Source of the DNA: Gemmatimonadota bacterium | GTDB lineage: Bacteria > Gemmatimonadota > Gemmatimonadetes > Gemmatimonadales > GWC2-71-9 | DNA length: 60,327 bases | NCBI GenBank assembly: GCA_025350665.1 | Contig: JANXXJ010000044.1 | Coordinates: forward strand, 1-60,327 | Reading direction: 5' to 3' | In this document: one piece after another, positions 30,162 to 39,722 of the stretch | Layout: each line of letters starts with the position of its first letter | How positions within the stretch are numbered: position 1 is the first letter of the stretch | Notes under the pieces: model-generated | Databases searched by the model: none | Told to the model about the DNA's origin: nothing | What the model saw: the letters and a program-made list of their open reading frames with translations, nothing else | Program-made: the position numbers and the translations under genes

Positions 30162-30996
30162 GATCCTGCTGATCCTGCTCGGGCTCCTCCTGACGACCCC
30201 GCGAGCCCGCGCGGAAACCCGCACCGCTCCCCAGCGTCTGATCGAATTCCTCAAACAGCAACCGGCCCACGCGCCGGATGCCGGTTTGCGCCTCTCAGTT
30301 GACGATGGCGAAGCACTCGCCGCCCCGTCGGAAAATGCCTGGTCGCGAACGCTCACCAACCTCGCCGGCGTGACCGGTACCTTCATCACGCTCGGCCTGC
30401 TGGGCTTCGGCCTGGTGCTGTTCGGGAAGACCAATCTCGAAGTCGTCTCCGACACCGCGAGCCACAGTTTTCTCCGAGCCTTCATGGTCGGGCTGCTGTC
30501 GCAGGTGCTCATCATCCCGACCTTCGGGATGCTGGTGGTCGGGCTCGTCCTCAGCGTCGTGGGGATCCTGCTAGTGCCGTTCGTCGTGGCGGTCTACGGA
30601 CTGCTGGCGGTCGCCTGCCTGCTGGGCGGGTTCCTCGCGGTGGCCCACGCGATGGGCGAGACCCACACCCGCCGTCAGATGGCCCGGGGCGTGGCGCTGT
30701 CCCCCAACAGTTTCCGCTACCTGCTGATCGGCCTGGGCTCGATTGCCGCCGTGTGGCTCGCCTGGATCGCCTTCGGATGGGTGCCGGTTGCCGGGGCAGT
30801 GATCCTGGCGGCCGCGGTCCTCGCCACCTGGCTCCTTGCCACCGTGGGCCTCGGGGCCGCCGTGCTGTCCCGCCTTGGGGTCCAGCCGAGCTTCGCGGGC
30901 CGATTCCTCCCGACCGAGATGCTGACCGACGAGTACCTCTGGGCCACGCCGCAGCAGGGTGTCCCCGCCATCAAGCGTCCCACCGCCAAACCCTGA
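30148..30996 (+). CDS. Multi-pass membrane protein of the ECF operon, function unknown
   Basis: Signal-like N-terminus and about 5 TM segments; overlaps the anti-sigma stop. Confidence 0.75.
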   Translation: MRGREILLILLGLLLTTPRARAETRTAPQRLIEFLKQQPAHAPDAGLRLSVDDGEALAAPSENAWSRTLTNLAGVTGTFITLGLLGFGLVLFGKTNLEVVSDTASHSFLRAFMVGLLSQVLIIPTFGMLVVGLVLSVVGILLVPFVVAVYGLLAVACLLGGFLAVAHAMGETHTRRQMARGVALSPNSFRYLLIGLGSIAAVWLAWIAFGWVPVAGAVILAAAVLATWLLATVGLGAAVLSRLGVQPSFAGRFLPTEMLTDEYLWATPQQGVPAIKRPTAKP

Positions 30997-31043
30997 TCCG
31001 GCGGCGGCCACGCCCTCCGCCAGTGGGTCCGCGGGGACGGAGA

Positions 31044-31110
31044 GGTTCCGTTGGGGCGAGGTTCCGTTGGGGCGGGGTTCCGTTGGGGCGGGCGTAAGCC
31101 CGCCCTTACA
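31044..31110 (+). repeat. Three tandem 16-bp repeats ending in a REP-like hairpin
   Basis: GGTTCCGTTGGGGCG(A/G) at 31044, 31060 and 31076; the last unit runs into GGGCGGGC-GTAA-GCCCGCCC-TTAC (31086-31109). Confidence 0.85.
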
Positions 31111-31137
31111 TTTGGGGGATCTCAATTGGAGGCTCCC

Positions 31138-31698
31138 GTGAACGTTGCCGTGCTGGGCGTACTGGCCCTGATCGTGGTCTTCGTGGCCGTCACCTACAAC
31201 GGCCTCGCCTCGCTCCGCCTCCTCGCCGACAACGCCTGGGCCGACATCGACGTGCAGTTGAAGCGGCGCCATGACCTGATCCCGAGCCTGGTCGCCGCGG
31301 TGAAGGGCCACGCCGGCTACGAACGCGGGACGCTGGAAGCCGTGGTCGAGGCCCGGAACAAGGCGGCGACCGCATCGGGCCCTGCCGCCGCTGCCGCCGC
31401 CGAGGGCGCACTCGCCGGGAACGTCCGCCAGATCATCGCGCTCGCCGAGGCCTATCCCGACCTCAAGGCCGCCACGAGTTTCCTCGCCCTCCAGAAACAA
31501 CTCTCGGAGATCGAAGATCAGGTCCAGAACGCCCGGCGCTACTACAACGCGGTCGTCCGCGACCTCAATACCAGAATGGCCCAGTTCCCGGCCAACCTCC
31601 TTGCCGGCCCCTTCGGATTCAAGCCGCGGGAGTTCTTCGAGATCGGCGACGCCGGCGAACGCGCCGCCCCCCAGATCGACCTCGGGAAGACGCCATGA
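31138..31698 (+). CDS. lemA: LemA-family protein
   Basis: AWADIDVQLKRRHDLIP, AEAYPDLKA, ARRYYN, FPANL; GGAGG RBS before GTG. Confidence 0.95.
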   Translation: MNVAVLGVLALIVVFVAVTYNGLASLRLLADNAWADIDVQLKRRHDLIPSLVAAVKGHAGYERGTLEAVVEARNKAATASGPAAAAAAEGALAGNVRQIIALAEAYPDLKAATSFLALQKQLSEIEDQVQNARRYYNAVVRDLNTRMAQFPANLLAGPFGFKPREFFEIGDAGERAAPQIDLGKTP

Positions 31699-33395
31699 AC
31701 CGACTCTGGCCGGCTCTGCTCCTCGTCGCCGCCCCGGCGGCGGCGCAGGAACGCTCCCTCGTCATCGAGAAGTTCGACGCCACAATCAAGGTCAACGCCG
31801 ACGCGAGCCTCGATATCACCGAGGCCATCACCCCGCGGTTCACCGGCCACTGGAACGGAATCTTCCGGACCATCCCGATCGAGTACCGGACGCCGCAGGG
31901 ATTCAACTGGACTATCCGGTTCGACCTCGTCAGCGTGACCGACGGCCAGGGAAACGAACTCAAGGTCGAGAAGAGCCGCGAGCGCCACTACCTCAAGCTC
32001 AAGATCTGGGTCCCCGGCGCCGAGGATGCCACCCGCCACGTGGTCTTGAAATACCGCGCGAAGAACGGTCTCCGGTTCTTCGACGACCACGACGAGCTCT
32101 ACTGGAACGTGACCGGAGACGAGTGGGAGGTGCCGATCGAGAAGGCCGCCACCACGATCGAACTCCCGAGCGGCGCCCAGGGCGTCCGGGCGATCTCCTT
32201 CAACGGCGCCTACGGCGCGACCGACAAGGATGCCCTGATCACCAAGTCGGGGACCTCCGTCCATCTCGAGATGCCCCACCCGCTGGCCTTCCATGAAGGC
32301 ATGACCGCCGTGGTGGGCTGGAACAAAGGCGTCGTTACCGCACCCACCGCGGCCGACAAACTCTTCGGCTTTCTGGCCTCGAACTGGCCCCTCATCATCC
32401 CGATCCCGGTGTTCTTCGCCATGTTGTCGGTCTGGCGGAAACGGGGCCGGGATCCGAAGCAGCTCCCGATCACCGTCCAGTACGACCCGCCCGAGAACAT
32501 GACCCCTGCCGAAGCCGGGACCTTGCTGGACAATTCGGCCGACATGCGGGACATCACCGCGACTTTGGTGGACCTCGCGGTCCGGGGCTACCTCAAGATC
32601 GAGGAGAAGGAAGAGGCCAAGCTGTTCGGTCTCATCGAGGACAAGGAATTCGTCTTCCATCGGCTCAAGGGGCCGGGTGAATGGACCGGGCTCAAGGACC
32701 ATGAGGGCACCATGCTCGGCGCCGTCTTCGCCGACGGCCCGACGGTGGCCCTCTCCCAGCTGGAAAACGAGTTCTACCGGAGCCTCCCGGGGATCAAGAA
32801 CGCAATCTTCGCCGCCTTGATCGAACGGGACTGCTACAAGGCCCGCCCCGACTCAGTCCAGGGCGCCTGGATCGCTGGCGCGATGGTCGTGGGCTTCGGA
32901 GTCGGAGTCGGAGGGAGCGCCCTGGCCGACAAGTTCAGCATGACGCCGCTTCCGTTCATCATCGCGGGGGTGCTCTCGGGCCTGATCATGGCGGCGTTCG
33001 GGATTTACATGCCGGCCCGGACGGTGATCGGGGCCCGCACCCTCGAGAAGATTCTCGGCTTCGAGGAATTCATGAACCGGGTCGAGGGCGACCGGCTCCG
33101 CGACTTCGTCAAGACGCCGGCGATGTTCGAGAAATTCCTCCCCTTCGCGATGGCGTTCGGCGTGGAGAAGAAATGGGCGGCGGCGTTCCAGGACATCATG
33201 CGGGAACCACCGAACTGGTATGCCGGAGCCGGCTACGGCCAGTTCAACGCCGCGATGTTCTCGAACCGGCTCTCCACCATGGCCACCCAGGCGTCGAGCA
33301 CCATGTCGTCGTCGCCCCGGAGTTCGAGCGGCTCGGGCTTCAGCGGCGGTTCGTCTGGCGGTGGCGGCGGCGGAGGGGGCGGCGGCGGGTTCTAG
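31695..33395 (+). CDS. DUF2207 membrane protein
   Basis: GIFRTIP, DELYWNVTG, ATLVDLAVRGYL, LPFAMAFGV, Gly-rich tail GGGGGGGF; typical LemA neighbour. Confidence 0.9.
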   Translation: MNRLWPALLLVAAPAAAQERSLVIEKFDATIKVNADASLDITEAITPRFTGHWNGIFRTIPIEYRTPQGFNWTIRFDLVSVTDGQGNELKVEKSRERHYLKLKIWVPGAEDATRHVVLKYRAKNGLRFFDDHDELYWNVTGDEWEVPIEKAATTIELPSGAQGVRAISFNGAYGATDKDALITKSGTSVHLEMPHPLAFHEGMTAVVGWNKGVVTAPTAADKLFGFLASNWPLIIPIPVFFAMLSVWRKRGRDPKQLPITVQYDPPENMTPAEAGTLLDNSADMRDITATLVDLAVRGYLKIEEKEEAKLFGLIEDKEFVFHRLKGPGEWTGLKDHEGTMLGAVFADGPTVALSQLENEFYRSLPGIKNAIFAALIERDCYKARPDSVQGAWIAGAMVVGFGVGVGGSALADKFSMTPLPFIIAGVLSGLIMAAFGIYMPARTVIGARTLEKILGFEEFMNRVEGDRLRDFVKTPAMFEKFLPFAMAFGVEKKWAAAFQDIMREPPNWYAGAGYGQFNAAMFSNRLSTMATQASSTMSSSPRSSSGSGFSGGSSGGGGGGGGGGGF

Positions 33396-34159
33396 ACCCG
33401 CGCCGTATCCCGCCGGAACAGGGCCATGGCGCCGGCGCCAAAAACGACCGTCCAGAGCGCCAGACTGACCACCGCCGCCACGGTCAGCCCGCCGACCAGC
33501 GGCGCCCGGGCGATCTGGGCCACGCCGTACACCGGGCTCCAGACCACCACCGCCCGCATCCCGGCCGGCAGCATTTCTACCGGAATGAACAGCCCGCCGA
33601 ACATCGCCATGATCGCGAGGACCGGGCCGACGAACTGCATCACGTTCTCCGACGGCAACAGAAACCCCATGAACAGGCCGAACGCCGCGAAGACGAGCGA
33701 GCCCAGCCAGGCACCGAGGCCGGCTAGCAGCCAGACGTCGGCGCCAACCCGGACACCGGTCAGTGCCGCGACCGAGAACTCCGCCACGACCGCGATCAGA
33801 CCGAGCGTCATGGCCGTCAGAATCTTCATCGCGACGTAGGCTGCCGGCCGGAGCGGCGTCAGCCGGAGCTGGCGGCTCCACCCCAGGCTCCGTTCGACGG
33901 CCACCGCAGTGCCACCGGCCGTGGTGCCCACCATGGCGCCGTACACGGCCATGTTGATCATCAGATAGGCCAGACTCGCGGCCCCGCCGGGACTCTTCCG
34001 GGCCGTGCCGCTAAAGAGCAGATAGAACATGCTCGGGAACACCAGCACGAACATCAGCGTCCGGCGGTTCCGGAGAACCCGGCGCACCTCGAGGCGGAGC
34101 GCGGTGAGATTGAACCCGCCGAGCGGCAGGGTCCCGCGGGTGGCGACGGGCGCGGTCAT
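33392..34159 (-). CDS. ABC-2 type exporter permease
   Basis: Six TM segments, VAVERSLGWSRQLRLTPL; coupled to the ATPase. Confidence 0.9.
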   Translation of the reverse strand: MTAPVATRGTLPLGGFNLTALRLEVRRVLRNRRTLMFVLVFPSMFYLLFSGTARKSPGGAASLAYLMINMAVYGAMVGTTAGGTAVAVERSLGWSRQLRLTPLRPAAYVAMKILTAMTLGLIAVVAEFSVAALTGVRVGADVWLLAGLGAWLGSLVFAAFGLFMGFLLPSENVMQFVGPVLAIMAMFGGLFIPVEMLPAGMRAVVVWSPVYGVAQIARAPLVGGLTVAAVVSLALWTVVFGAGAMALFRRDTARV

Positions 34160-35058
34160 CGGGCACTCCCGGATTCCGGCCGGTCATCGGCCGTGAGGGC
34201 CACGAAGGCGGCCTCGAGATTGGATGATGTCACTTCGAGATCGCGAGCGGCCGTCTGGGTCAGCAGATGGCGGGCCACCAGATCGGAATCAGTGCAATGG
34301 ACGGTCACCGAATCGCCCTGGGCGTCCACGCCCGTGACGCCCGGCAGGCCGCGCAGCACATCGGTTTCGCCGCCGGGCAGCGTGGCGCGGACCTGACGAC
34401 CCGACGCCAGACCCTTGACCTCGGCCGCGGTCCCGTCCGCGACGATCGACCCCTGGCGGATCAGCACGATCCGGTCGGCGTAGGCGTCCGCCTCGTCGAG
34501 GTAGTGGGTGGCGAACATCACGGTCCGGCCCTGGGCCGCGTCCTCGCGAATCGAGCGCCAGAAGTCCCGCCGGGTCTCGACATCCATACCGGTCGTTGGC
34601 TCGTCGAGCACCAGCAGCCGGGGACTCGAGAGGAGGGCCAGCGCAAACCGGAGGCGCTGCTGTTCGCCGCCCGAACACTGGCCGACCCGCCGGGTGGCGA
34701 TCTTGGCGATCCCGGCCCGATCGAGCACCTCCGCCACCGGCCGCGGCGCCACATGGAGCGACGCCGTGTAGGCCACCGTCTCGGCGACCGTGAAGTCCTT
34801 GAGGAGCCCGCCCGACTGCATCACGGCCGAGATCTCGCCGTGCGCAATGGCATCGGCCGGGGAGCGCCCATAGACCTGGACGGTCCCGGCATCCGGCCGG
34901 GCCAGGCCAAGCAGCATGTCGATGGTGGTGGTTTTCCCGGCGCCGTTGGGGCCGAGGAACGCGACGATCTCCCCGGATTCGATGGCGAGGGAGAGGTCAT
35001 TGACGGCGGTGACCAAGCCATAACGCTTGGTCAGCTTCTTGAGGTCGACGGCGAGCAC
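34156..35058 (-). CDS. ABC exporter ATP-binding protein
   Basis: GPNGAGKTT, SGGEQQR, LDEPTTG, THYLDEAD. Confidence 0.95.
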   Translation of the reverse strand: MLAVDLKKLTKRYGLVTAVNDLSLAIESGEIVAFLGPNGAGKTTTIDMLLGLARPDAGTVQVYGRSPADAIAHGEISAVMQSGGLLKDFTVAETVAYTASLHVAPRPVAEVLDRAGIAKIATRRVGQCSGGEQQRLRFALALLSSPRLLVLDEPTTGMDVETRRDFWRSIREDAAQGRTVMFATHYLDEADAYADRIVLIRQGSIVADGTAAEVKGLASGRQVRATLPGGETDVLRGLPGVTGVDAQGDSVTVHCTDSDLVARHLLTQTAARDLEVTSSNLEAAFVALTADDRPESGSAR

Positions 35059-35121
35059 GGGTCTCAGGGGAAGGAGGCCCGCACCAGACGCGACGGTCGC
35101 CGGGATTGTTTCAGGCTGCCG

Positions 35122-36237
35122 CTACTGATTGATGATCGGGAGCGACATCGAGCGGGCGCCCGCCTCGCGCACCACGGCCCTGGTCATGGCGCCTAACGCC
35201 ACACCCGCGGGACTGTCCGGCGCCGACAGCACCACCGGGAGCCCCTGATCCGCCTGCTCCGCCAGACCGGGCTGGAGCGGAATCTGGCCCAGGAGCGGCA
35301 CCCCGAGTTCCGTGGCCAGGCGCTGGCCCCCGCCGGACGAGAAGAACTCGAACCGCTGGCCGGTGGCCGGATCGGTGAAGCCGGCCATGTTCTCGACCAC
35401 ACCATAGACCGGGACGTTCACTTTCTCGAACATCTTGGCGCCGCGGAGGGCATCGCCCACCGCCATTTCCTGCGGCGTCGTGACGATCACCGCCCCCGAC
35501 ACCTGGGCCGACTGGACCAGCGAGAGCTGGGCGTCCCCAGTGCCGGGGGGCATGTCCACCAGGAAGTAATCGAGTTCACCCCACTCCACGTCCCGCAGGA
35601 ACTGCTGCAGCACCTTCATGATGATCGGGCCCCGCCAGATCGCGGCGGCGTCCCGTTCCACCAAAAACCCGATCGACATGAGTTTGACCCCGTGAGCCAC
35701 GAGCGGCTGGATCCGGCCGCCGACCACGGCGGGTTTGTCGAAGATGCCGAACATCCGGGGCACGTTGGGACCGTAGATGTCGGCATCCATGATTCCGACC
35801 CGCTTGCCATCCCTCGCCAGCGCCACGGCGAGGTTGACCGCCACCGTGGACTTGCCGACCCCGCCCTTCCCCGACGAGATCGCGATCACCCGCCCCAGAT
35901 TCGAGTACTCCGCCGGGCTGGGCGGCTGGGGCATGCCCGTCGACTGCGGCATGGGCGCACCGGTTGGCGGTGCGTGGGTGGATTGGGCCGGCCCCGACGG
36001 ATCGACGACCGTGATCTTGACATCGGTGACGCCGGAGAGCGCCTTCAAGGCGGTCCGCGTCTCCCGAACCAGGGTGGCGGGGTCCGATCGTCCCAGCAGA
36101 AACGTGAAGGCGACCCGGCCGTCGCCGGCAACCTGAAGATCGCGCACCATCCCGGCCGACATCAGATCACTGTCGAGACGGGGGTTCTTGATCCGGGAGA
36201 GAACGGCGCCAACCTGGGCTTCGAGCGTGTCCGACAC
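35122..36237 (-). CDS. mrp: Mrp/ApbC/NBP35 Fe-S carrier ATPase
   Basis: SGKGGVGKST, DADIYGP, IWRGP, DMPPGTGD, VTTPQ, GVVENM. Confidence 0.93.
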   Translation of the reverse strand: MSDTLEAQVGAVLSRIKNPRLDSDLMSAGMVRDLQVAGDGRVAFTFLLGRSDPATLVRETRTALKALSGVTDVKITVVDPSGPAQSTHAPPTGAPMPQSTGMPQPPSPAEYSNLGRVIAISSGKGGVGKSTVAVNLAVALARDGKRVGIMDADIYGPNVPRMFGIFDKPAVVGGRIQPLVAHGVKLMSIGFLVERDAAAIWRGPIIMKVLQQFLRDVEWGELDYFLVDMPPGTGDAQLSLVQSAQVSGAVIVTTPQEMAVGDALRGAKMFEKVNVPVYGVVENMAGFTDPATGQRFEFFSSGGGQRLATELGVPLLGQIPLQPGLAEQADQGLPVVLSAPDSPAGVALGAMTRAVVREAGARSMSLPIINQ

Positions 36238-36252
36238 GGGGGACCTTCTGTT

Positions 36253-36483
36253 CTAGAGGGCTTGCACGACCTTCACCTCGGGCACAAACTGCTTGAGGCG
36301 GACCTCGATACCCTGGCGAAGCGTGATGGTCGACGCGGCGCAGCCATGACAGGTGCCACCGAGGCGGAGGGTCAGGATCCCGTCCGACTCGTCAAAATCG
36401 ATGACCTCGACCGACCCGCGATGCGATGCGATATAGGGCCGGAGCGAGTCGAGGCTCTCTTCGATGCGACTGAGGACGTCCAT
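36253..36483 (-). CDS. NifU/NfuA C-terminal-domain Fe-S scaffold
   Basis: LRPYIASHRGSVE...GGTCHGC...TLRQGIE; ATG at 36483. Confidence 0.9.
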   Translation of the reverse strand: MDVLSRIEESLDSLRPYIASHRGSVEVIDFDESDGILTLRLGGTCHGCAASTITLRQGIEVRLKQFVPEVKVVQAL

Positions 36484-36493
36484 GGTGAGATCA

Positions 36494-36994
36494 CTACCTC
36501 CGGCGGGCAATATAGCGGGGCCTGGAGGCCTCAGCACCGAGCCGGCCCTCGAAATCGTCGAGGATCTCGTGCAACGCCGCGAGCCGTTCGCGACCGACGC
36601 TCCGTTCGATCCCGTCGTACGCGGCCTCCGACTCGGGGGCCACCCGCCCGAGAAACGCCCGCCCGGCCGCCGAGAGCGAGATCCACGAGGACCGCTGGTC
36701 GGTCCGGCTCCCCTTCCGGACAATCAGCGTCCGGCCGGCCAGATCGCGGAGGATCCGGGACAGTGATGGCCCGCTCAGCACCGTGAGACCGGCGAGTGCC
36801 CCCGCCGTGGTCCGGTCCACCGAACTCAGGGCCCGGAGGACCCGCCACTGTTGTTCCGTCACGCCGTGCCGCCTGAGATGGGGACGGAAACGCTCCATCA
36901 CGGCCTCGCGGGCCCGAAGGAGCGCCATCGGCAGGGACTGCGAGAACGTGCGAAGGGATCGGGGCACGGGTCCGGACCGGTTTGACGGGAACAA
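36494..36994 (-). CDS. hpaR: Homoprotocatechuate operon repressor, MarR family (start may be GTG 36967)
   Basis: SLPMALLRAREAVMERFRP...GVTEQQWRVLR, PSLSRIL; divergent from the hpa cluster. Confidence 0.88.
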   Translation of the reverse strand: MFPSNRSGPVPRSLRTFSQSLPMALLRAREAVMERFRPHLRRHGVTEQQWRVLRALSSVDRTTAGALAGLTVLSGPSLSRILRDLAGRTLIVRKGSRTDQRSSWISLSAAGRAFLGRVAPESEAAYDGIERSVGRERLAALHEILDDFEGRLGAEASRPRYIARRR

Positions 36995-37011
36995 GTTACC
37001 ATGTTAACAAT
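36982..37011 (+). promoter_or_regulatory. Putative catabolic operon promoter with HpaR operator
   Basis: TTGACG at 36982; near-perfect palindrome GTTACCATGTTAAC (36995-37008) overlapping a weak -10-like TAACAAT. Confidence 0.6.
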
Positions 37012-37065
37012 TACCCCTGAACAATTAGGCGGGATTGTCACCGCCCGCAACCCCGGATCCCGGAC

Positions 37066-38076
37066 ATGAGCCACGAACCGGCCGACCTGTCGACCAACGA
37101 GAATCCACTCGGGCCTTCGCCGGCCGTGAAACTGGCCGTCGCCCGGGAAGCCCGGCGGGTCCATCGCTATCCGGCCCGGGACGATTCGGCCCTCCGTACG
37201 GCGCTCGCGTCCCACCACGGCCGGGACCTTACACCAGACCATTTCTTCGCCGGATCGAGCGCCTCGGAGATTCTCGCGTTCCTGGCCCGGGCCGCGTTCG
37301 CCCCGGGTGACGAGGGCATCGTCTGCTCCCCGACCTTCCCGGTGTACGCTCACACCATGGCCCATCAGGACGCCCGGCTCGTGGATGTCCCTCTCGATCC
37401 GGCCACGGCGGTCCACGACGGGGACCGGATCCTGGCCGCGATTACACCCCGCACCCGTCTCATCTATATCTGCAATCCGGGCAACCCCACCGGTGTGGTC
37501 CTTCCGGCGGCCGACTTCCGGGCCCTGCTCGATCGGGTCCCGCCCGGTGTCGTCGTGGTGGCGGACGAGGTTTACTACCAGTATGTCGCAGCGGACTTCC
37601 CCGATACCATTGAACAGATTCTCGCCGGTCGTGACGTGGTGATCGTGCACTCGTTCTCCAAGGGGTATGGCATGGCCGGTCTTCGGCTGGGCTACGGCAT
37701 CGCCCGCCCGGACCTGGTCCGCCGGTTCGGGAGGTTCCGCCTGACCTACCATCTGAGCGCCATCGCGCAGGCTGCCGGTGTCGCGGCGCTGACGGATCAG
37801 GGCCATGTGGAGAAGACCGTGGCGCTGACCAGGGACGGGCGCCGGTTCCTCGCTGTCGAGCTGGACCGGCTCGGGATCCGGTACTGGCCGAGCGAGGCCA
37901 ACTTCGTCCTCATCGCGCCGGCGGCGCCCGAGGCGGCGCTCGCTCGCCTCGCGGCCGACGGGATTCAGGTCCGGCCCGTTGAAGGCCCCGGCCGGGTCGC
38001 CTGCCTCCGCATCAGCATCGGCCGTCCCGACATGAACCGGCGGGTGATCGACGCCCTGGCCCAGGAAACCGCATGA
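37066..38076 (+). CDS. PLP-dependent HisC-like (class I/II) aminotransferase, probably aromatic substrate
   Basis: LSTNENPLGPSP, CNPGNPTG, DEVY, SFSKGYGMAGLRLGY, SEANFV. Confidence 0.85.
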   Translation: MSHEPADLSTNENPLGPSPAVKLAVAREARRVHRYPARDDSALRTALASHHGRDLTPDHFFAGSSASEILAFLARAAFAPGDEGIVCSPTFPVYAHTMAHQDARLVDVPLDPATAVHDGDRILAAITPRTRLIYICNPGNPTGVVLPAADFRALLDRVPPGVVVVADEVYYQYVAADFPDTIEQILAGRDVVIVHSFSKGYGMAGLRLGYGIARPDLVRRFGRFRLTYHLSAIAQAAGVAALTDQGHVEKTVALTRDGRRFLAVELDRLGIRYWPSEANFVLIAPAAPEAALARLAADGIQVRPVEGPGRVACLRISIGRPDMNRRVIDALAQETA

Positions 38077-39713
38077 CCGCTCAACTCACCGGTGGTGAGG
38101 CCGTCGTCGCCGCTCTCATCGCCCAGGGAGTCGACCTGGTCTACGGCCTTCCCGGCATCCAGAACGACTGGCTCTACAACGCGTTCTTCGATGCCCGTGA
38201 CCGGATCCGGGTCCTGCATACCCGGCACGAACAGGGCGCCGCCTATATGGCGCTCGGTCACGCCCTCGCGACCGGGCAGCCCGCGGTCTACAACGTGGTG
38301 CCCGGGCCCGGATTCCTGAACAGCACCGCCGCCCTGGCCACGGCCTACGGATTGAACGCGCCAGTGCTCTGCCTGAGCGGGCAGATCCCGTCGAAGACGA
38401 TCGGCAAGGCCCAGGGCATTCTCCACGAAATCCCCGACCAGTTCGGCATTCTCCGCTCGCTTACCAAATGGGCCGCCCGAATCGAGGCCCCCGGCGACGC
38501 GTCGAGCCTGGTTGCCGAAGCCTTCCGCCAGCTCCGGTCCGGCCGGCAGCGACCCGTCGGGCTCGAGGTCCCGATGGACATTCTCGAGATGCGGGCGGCG
38601 GTTGGCGCACCGGGTTTCCCGCGCGAACCGGAATATCCCGAGCCCGACCTCGACCTCATCGCCCAGGCCGCGCGCAAGCTTGGCGCCGCGAAGCACCCGA
38701 TGATTTTCGTGGGGGGCGGCGCCATGAACGCGTCCGCCGAGATTCGTGAACTGGCCGAGCTGCTTCAGGCCCCGGTGGTGGCGTACCGCACCGGCCGAGG
38801 CGTGCTCGACAGCCGGCACCATCTGAGCCTGGTCGCCCCCGAGGCCCACCCGCTCTGGCAGGATGCCGACGTGGTCCTCGCCGTCGGGACCAACCTCAGG
38901 ATGCCGCTCCAGCAATGGGGCGTGGATGACGACCTGACCGTGATTCGCATCGAGGTCGATCCGACCGCGCACGACCGGATCCGCGCCCCCGACATCGCCA
39001 TCACCGCCCGCGCGGAAGACGCCCTGCGTCCACTGATTGACCGAGTGAACCGGGCCAGCGTGGCCCGACCGCCCCGCCACGATGAGATGCAGACCCGGAA
39101 GGCTGCGTGGAACGCCGAATGCGCCTTTCTGGCGCCCCAGCGGGCCTTCCTCGACGTCATCCGGGAGGAGCTCGGTGAGAACGGCATCTTCGTTGAGGAA
39201 CTGACCCAGGTCGGCTTCTCGGCCCGGGCGATCTATCCGGTGTATCACCCCCGCACCTATATCGGGACCGGCTATCAGGGCACGCTGGGCTTTGGCTTTC
39301 CCACAGCACTCGGCGTGAAGGTGGCACGCCCAGACGTACCGGTGATCTCAGTGTCGGGGGACGGCGGGTTCATGTTCTGCGTGCAGGAGCTCGCTACGGC
39401 AGTCCAGCACAAGATTCCGCTGGTGTCCGTCATCTTCAACAACAGCCAGTACGGCAACGTCCAGCAGATGCAGCGGCAGCTCTACGGCAACCGGGTGATC
39501 GCCACCGATCTCGTCAACCCGGATTTCGTCCGCATGGCCGAGTCGTTCGGGGCTGCGGCGTGGCGGGCCCGGGACGCCGCCGAACTCCGGTCCGCGATTC
39601 GAGCCGGCCTCGCGGCGGACGTGCCCGTGGTCATCGACGTGCCCGTGGGCGACCTCCCGGACGTGGACCGGTTCCGGAAACAGCCTCGACTCCGGGGCCG
39701 GTCGGACCGTTAG
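38073..39713 (+). CDS. Thiamine-diphosphate-dependent enzyme (ALS/POX/decarboxylase-like)
   Basis: GLPG, RHEQGAAYMA, VPGPG, QGTLGFG, GDGGFMF...NN ThDP motif; no ALS small subunit adjacent. Confidence 0.9.
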   Translation: MTAQLTGGEAVVAALIAQGVDLVYGLPGIQNDWLYNAFFDARDRIRVLHTRHEQGAAYMALGHALATGQPAVYNVVPGPGFLNSTAALATAYGLNAPVLCLSGQIPSKTIGKAQGILHEIPDQFGILRSLTKWAARIEAPGDASSLVAEAFRQLRSGRQRPVGLEVPMDILEMRAAVGAPGFPREPEYPEPDLDLIAQAARKLGAAKHPMIFVGGGAMNASAEIRELAELLQAPVVAYRTGRGVLDSRHHLSLVAPEAHPLWQDADVVLAVGTNLRMPLQQWGVDDDLTVIRIEVDPTAHDRIRAPDIAITARAEDALRPLIDRVNRASVARPPRHDEMQTRKAAWNAECAFLAPQRAFLDVIREELGENGIFVEELTQVGFSARAIYPVYHPRTYIGTGYQGTLGFGFPTALGVKVARPDVPVISVSGDGGFMFCVQELATAVQHKIPLVSVIFNNSQYGNVQQMQRQLYGNRVIATDLVNPDFVRMAESFGAAAWRARDAAELRSAIRAGLAADVPVVIDVPVGDLPDVDRFRKQPRLRGRSDR

Positions 39714-39722
39714 GCGACCCGC

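Noticed and set aside
31044..31091. Possible mini CRISPR array
   Set aside because: Repeats are 16 bp, head-to-tail with no spacers, and no cas genes are present.
33340..33395. GGC-rich low-complexity repeat
   Set aside because: Encodes the normal Gly/Ser tail of DUF2207 proteins.
37066..39713. Housekeeping hisC and ilvB assignments
   Set aside because: No other his or ilv genes or ALS small subunit nearby; the context is aromatic catabolism, so gene symbols were withheld.
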